Assembly: GCA_043819555.1 (NCBI GenBank)
Contig: JBDREQ010000001.1
Location: 1 to 64,000 of the forward strand
Origin: Candidatus Zixiibacteriota bacterium
Lineage (GTDB): Bacteria > Zixibacteria > MSB-5A5 > GN15 > JAAZOE01
DNA length: 64,000 nt
Direction of reading: 5' to 3'
Shown here: piece after piece, positions 61,369 through 64,000 of the stretch
Layout: the number at the start of each line of letters is the position of its first letter
How positions within the stretch are numbered: position 1 is the first letter of the stretch
Made by a program: the position numbers and the translations under genes
Notes under the pieces: generated by a model
Databases searched by the model: none
Told to the model about the DNA's origin: nothing
Seen by the model: the letters and a program-made list of their open reading frames with translations, nothing else

Positions 61369-61833
61369 TTAGCGGCGTTTCATTGTGCGTTTGGGTGCGG
61401 CTTTTCTTTTCATTGCCGTTTTTCTTTTCGGCGCCGCTTTGCGCTTCATCGCAGTCATTTTCCTGGGAGCGGCTTTTCTTTTCATGGCTGTCTTTCTTTT
61501 AGGAGCCGCTTTTTTATTGGTCGCCGTTTTTCTCTTTGGCGCCGCCTTCTTAGTTGTGGCTGCTTTTTTCAAAGAAAGCGCTACAGCTTTGGAACGAACC
61601 GAACTCAAAGTCCTCTTCAGAGCTTTCGCGATTTGAGCATTGGGCGTCATTTTATACAGCTTCTTTAATTCGAGAATTTCAGCAGGCGTCCAGAGTTTGG
61701 CTTTCTTGACTACTTTTCTCGCAGTTTTTTTCGGAGCTGCTTTCTTCCAGGCAGTGCGAGCAGGTTTGCGCGCAACCTTTCTCGTCGCAGTCTTTTTCCG
61801 TGGCGACGCTTTCTTGTTTGCGGGTTTTCTCAC
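61369..61833 (-). CDS. Histone H1-like Lys/Ala/Arg-rich DNA-binding protein with central Myb/HTH-like domain
   Basis: AGGAGG RBS before GTG; only two acidic residues in 154 aa; central WT.AE...LKKLY...NAQIAKALKRT..SVRSKA..L.L; KAAPK repeats. Confidence 0.8.
   Translation of the reverse strand: MRKPANKKASPRKKTATRKVARKPARTAWKKAAPKKTARKVVKKAKLWTPAEILELKKLYKMTPNAQIAKALKRTLSSVRSKAVALSLKKAATTKKAAPKRKTATNKKAAPKRKTAMKRKAAPRKMTAMKRKAAPKRKTAMKRKAAPKRTMKRR
61372..61557 (-). repeat. Five 36-nt (12-aa) tandem repeats encoding (T/M)xxKAAPKRKTA
   Basis: TTKKAAPKRKTA / TNKKAAPKRKTA / MKRKAAPRKMTA / MKRKAAPKRKTA / MKRKAAPKRTMKRR. Confidence 0.9.
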
Positions 61834-62144
61834 TGAAAAACCCTCCTTTCAAATTCTCGCATCATTTTCTGAATTGCGAGTGTGGTTAATGGTGTGTGAA
61901 CACATTACTTTATCAAAAGTAGTTCTTTTTATTTTTAAGTCAATACTAAAAACATTATCACATGATTTTTTATTCAGATACTGCATCTTGCGTACAATTT
62001 GTGAGCATTGACTCAAACATCATGTTAAACGACCAAGATCATTGGTTGTTTGCATCAATCTCTTACGCGGAATAAAATAATCTTCTGCTTCGACCGCGAA
62101 TATATATTGTTCAAAACATTGACGCATCAGGGATGCATGACTAT

Positions 62145-64000
62145 TTACTTTATATAATCACGCCATGTATCGGCCAGTTCCCCAAGTTTTTGATCTGCCA
62201 GAAAATTAATGGTTCCTTCCGGATATTCACCATCATCGTTTATCTCACCCGCGGGAATGCCGGTCAATAATTCAACGCCTTCATCAATATTTTCAATTGC
62301 GTAAATATGGAATTTACCCTCCTCGACCGCTTCGATAATTTCATCTTTAAGCATCAATTCGACCTCATTCTGCCTGGGAATCAAAACTCCCTGCACCCCG
62401 GTCAGGCCGTTAATCAGGCAAGTATCAAAATAACCCTCAATCTTTTGATTAACTCCTCCGATTGGCTGAATTTCTCCCTTTTGATTTACCGAGCCGGTTA
62501 CGGCCAATGATTGATTAATCGGTTTATTTGACAGGACCGAAAGCAGGGCATAAATTTCTGTCGAAGAAGCCGAATCGCCATCAACACCGGAATACGATTG
62601 CTCAAAGCAAAGTGAGGCGGTAAAAACCAGGGGACGTTTTTTTCCGAACCGGTGGCGCATGAACCCGGTTAAAATCAATACGCCTTTATCATGCAGGCGT
62701 CCGGATAATGAGGCTTCGCGTTCTATATTGATGATGCCATCCGCCCCCGGTGAAAGGGCTGCGGTGATTCGGGTTGGCCGCCCGAAAGAATGCTCTCCCA
62801 GGTCATAAACCGATAAACCGTTTATTTGGCCGACTTCCCATCCGGACACATCAATAAGATACAATGCCCGCTGGTACATCTCATGCACCTTGGTTTCAAC
62901 CAGATTGACTCTGTTTTTCTGCATGAGGATTGTTTCTTTTATGATTTCCCGATCAACTTTGGTTTTTCCTTTTTTTCGAGCCGCCCATGAAGACTCGCGG
63001 ATGACGTCGGCGATATTGGTAAAGCGCGTTGATAAACGATCATGTCGCCCGGAAAGTATTACGCCGAATTCTAATAGGGCCGCCAATCCCGAACGATCAA
63101 TATCTATCAATTCATCTTCGCCAATTATTTTTTTAGCAAATTGGGCATATTGATTAATCCCCGGTTCGTCATTATTCATAACATTGTCAAACTCGGCCTT
63201 GATCTTGAAAACTTTTTTAAAATCCGCGTCGGCTTGAAACAAAGTATCATAGACACGGCTTTCGCCGATTAAAATCACCTTGACATCCAAATCAATTTTC
63301 TCAGGTTTCATACCGCCCCCACTAATAAACGGCGTATCGAAATTGGAAATAACAAGATGACCAGTTCGTAAGGTTCTCTTTAGCATAGGCCACAGATGGG
63401 GATCATTAAACAGATCGACGGCATTTAAAACCATATAACCACCGTTGGCTTGCAGAATAGAACCGCTTTGAATGCGCGTAAAATCGGACCTCCATCCCGA
63501 ATCCGGAGAATACACTCGCTCAATCGAGCCGAATAGATTTTTAAAGGTAGGAAATTCTTCTATAATGATCGGGCGTTTGGTGAATCCATTGTTATCGACT
63601 AATAAGTTCACGGTAAAAGCATTTAGCAATGAACGGATTTTGGAAGCCCCATCCTGCTCCCCCGGTTCCACACCGGTCCCCCGGAACAAGTCAAGTTCAC
63701 CAATCAGGATTTCGTTCAAATCTGATAGGTATTCGCGTGTTTTATCATCATCATATAAATGTTTGAGAGTTTCTATTTTATCATTTACCAGGGGAATTAC
63801 CAACGACGCATCAAGCTTATTTAATTTCTCTTCCAATTCTGATGATATTTTCTTGCTTTGACCGGAAGTCAATTCAAACTGCTTCGATAATCTTTCATAT
63901 TCGGCCTCCAGCTCCTTCAATTTGATTTCAGGAAATTTACCCTCACCGGTCAATTTTTCAAGTTCATTCAAAGACACCGGCTTATTATCAACCAGGGGGT
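62145..64000 (-). CDS. Lon-family (LonC/AAA_32 type) protease, 5' part outside the window
   Basis: ANGGY, GQINGL, IERE..LSG..H.KG, FEQSY.GVDGDSAS (Ser), IGGVN.KIEG (Lys); frame stays open to the window end. Confidence 0.92.
   Translation of the reverse strand, partial: PLVDNKPVSLNELEKLTGEGKFPEIKLKELEAEYERLSKQFELTSGQSKKISSELEEKLNKLDASLVIPLVNDKIETLKHLYDDDKTREYLSDLNEILIGELDLFRGTGVEPGEQDGASKIRSLLNAFTVNLLVDNNGFTKRPIIIEEFPTFKNLFGSIERVYSPDSGWRSDFTRIQSGSILQANGGYMVLNAVDLFNDPHLWPMLKRTLRTGHLVISNFDTPFISGGGMKPEKIDLDVKVILIGESRVYDTLFQADADFKKVFKIKAEFDNVMNNDEPGINQYAQFAKKIIGEDELIDIDRSGLAALLEFGVILSGRHDRLSTRFTNIADVIRESSWAARKKGKTKVDREIIKETILMQKNRVNLVETKVHEMYQRALYLIDVSGWEVGQINGLSVYDLGEHSFGRPTRITAALSPGADGIINIEREASLSGRLHDKGVLILTGFMRHRFGKKRPLVFTASLCFEQSYSGVDGDSASSTEIYALLSVLSNKPINQSLAVTGSVNQKGEIQPIGGVNQKIEGYFDTCLINGLTGVQGVLIPRQNEVELMLKDEIIEAVEEGKFHIYAIENIDEGVELLTGIPAGEINDDGEYPEGTINFLADQKLGELADTWRDYIK

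Noticed and set aside
61372..61557. 36-nt periodic repeats as a CRISPR array
   Set aside because: The repeats are contiguous, in-frame, synonymous-variable coding repeats with no spacers and no cas genes.
61833..62145. Replication origin
   Set aside because: Only one perfect DnaA box, no box cluster, and no dnaA/dnaN/gidA context.

Overview
This is 64 kb of a core chromosomal region from a diderm, LPS-making bacterium. A C-terminal dockerin pair, FlgD/T9SS-like C-terminal domains and the gene content suggest an FCB-group lineage such as candidate Zixibacteria, but that is inference only. The window holds tRNA-Ser(UGA), purL, lpxH, a dcw cluster (mraZ to ftsZ, lacking murB and ddl), purM-gpmI-lnt, ricT-metG-tatD-rsmA-rluD, a c554-like cytochrome, two convergent tricorn-like S41 proteases, a VWA protein, murA, a zincin/PD40/Omp85 fusion, a histone-H1-like protein and a partial Lon-type protease. 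I found no mobile element, integrase or CRISPR array. The most interesting candidate system is a tightly coupled lnt - porZ-like - GNAT(FemAB/VimA-like) - GT4 - GT4 - GT2 run that converges on a C25 (gingipain/PorU family) peptidase gene. It resembles a co-located version of the Bacteroidota T9SS cargo-to-glycolipid attachment pathway. Other notable items: an H1-like protein with a Myb/HTH-like core, a ~200-nt orphan sRNA candidate, a MurA with altered active-site residues, a cytochrome that appears to have lost one heme motif, and a beta-helix gene broken by a single in-frame TAA. All assignments come from motif recognition by eye; no database search was run.
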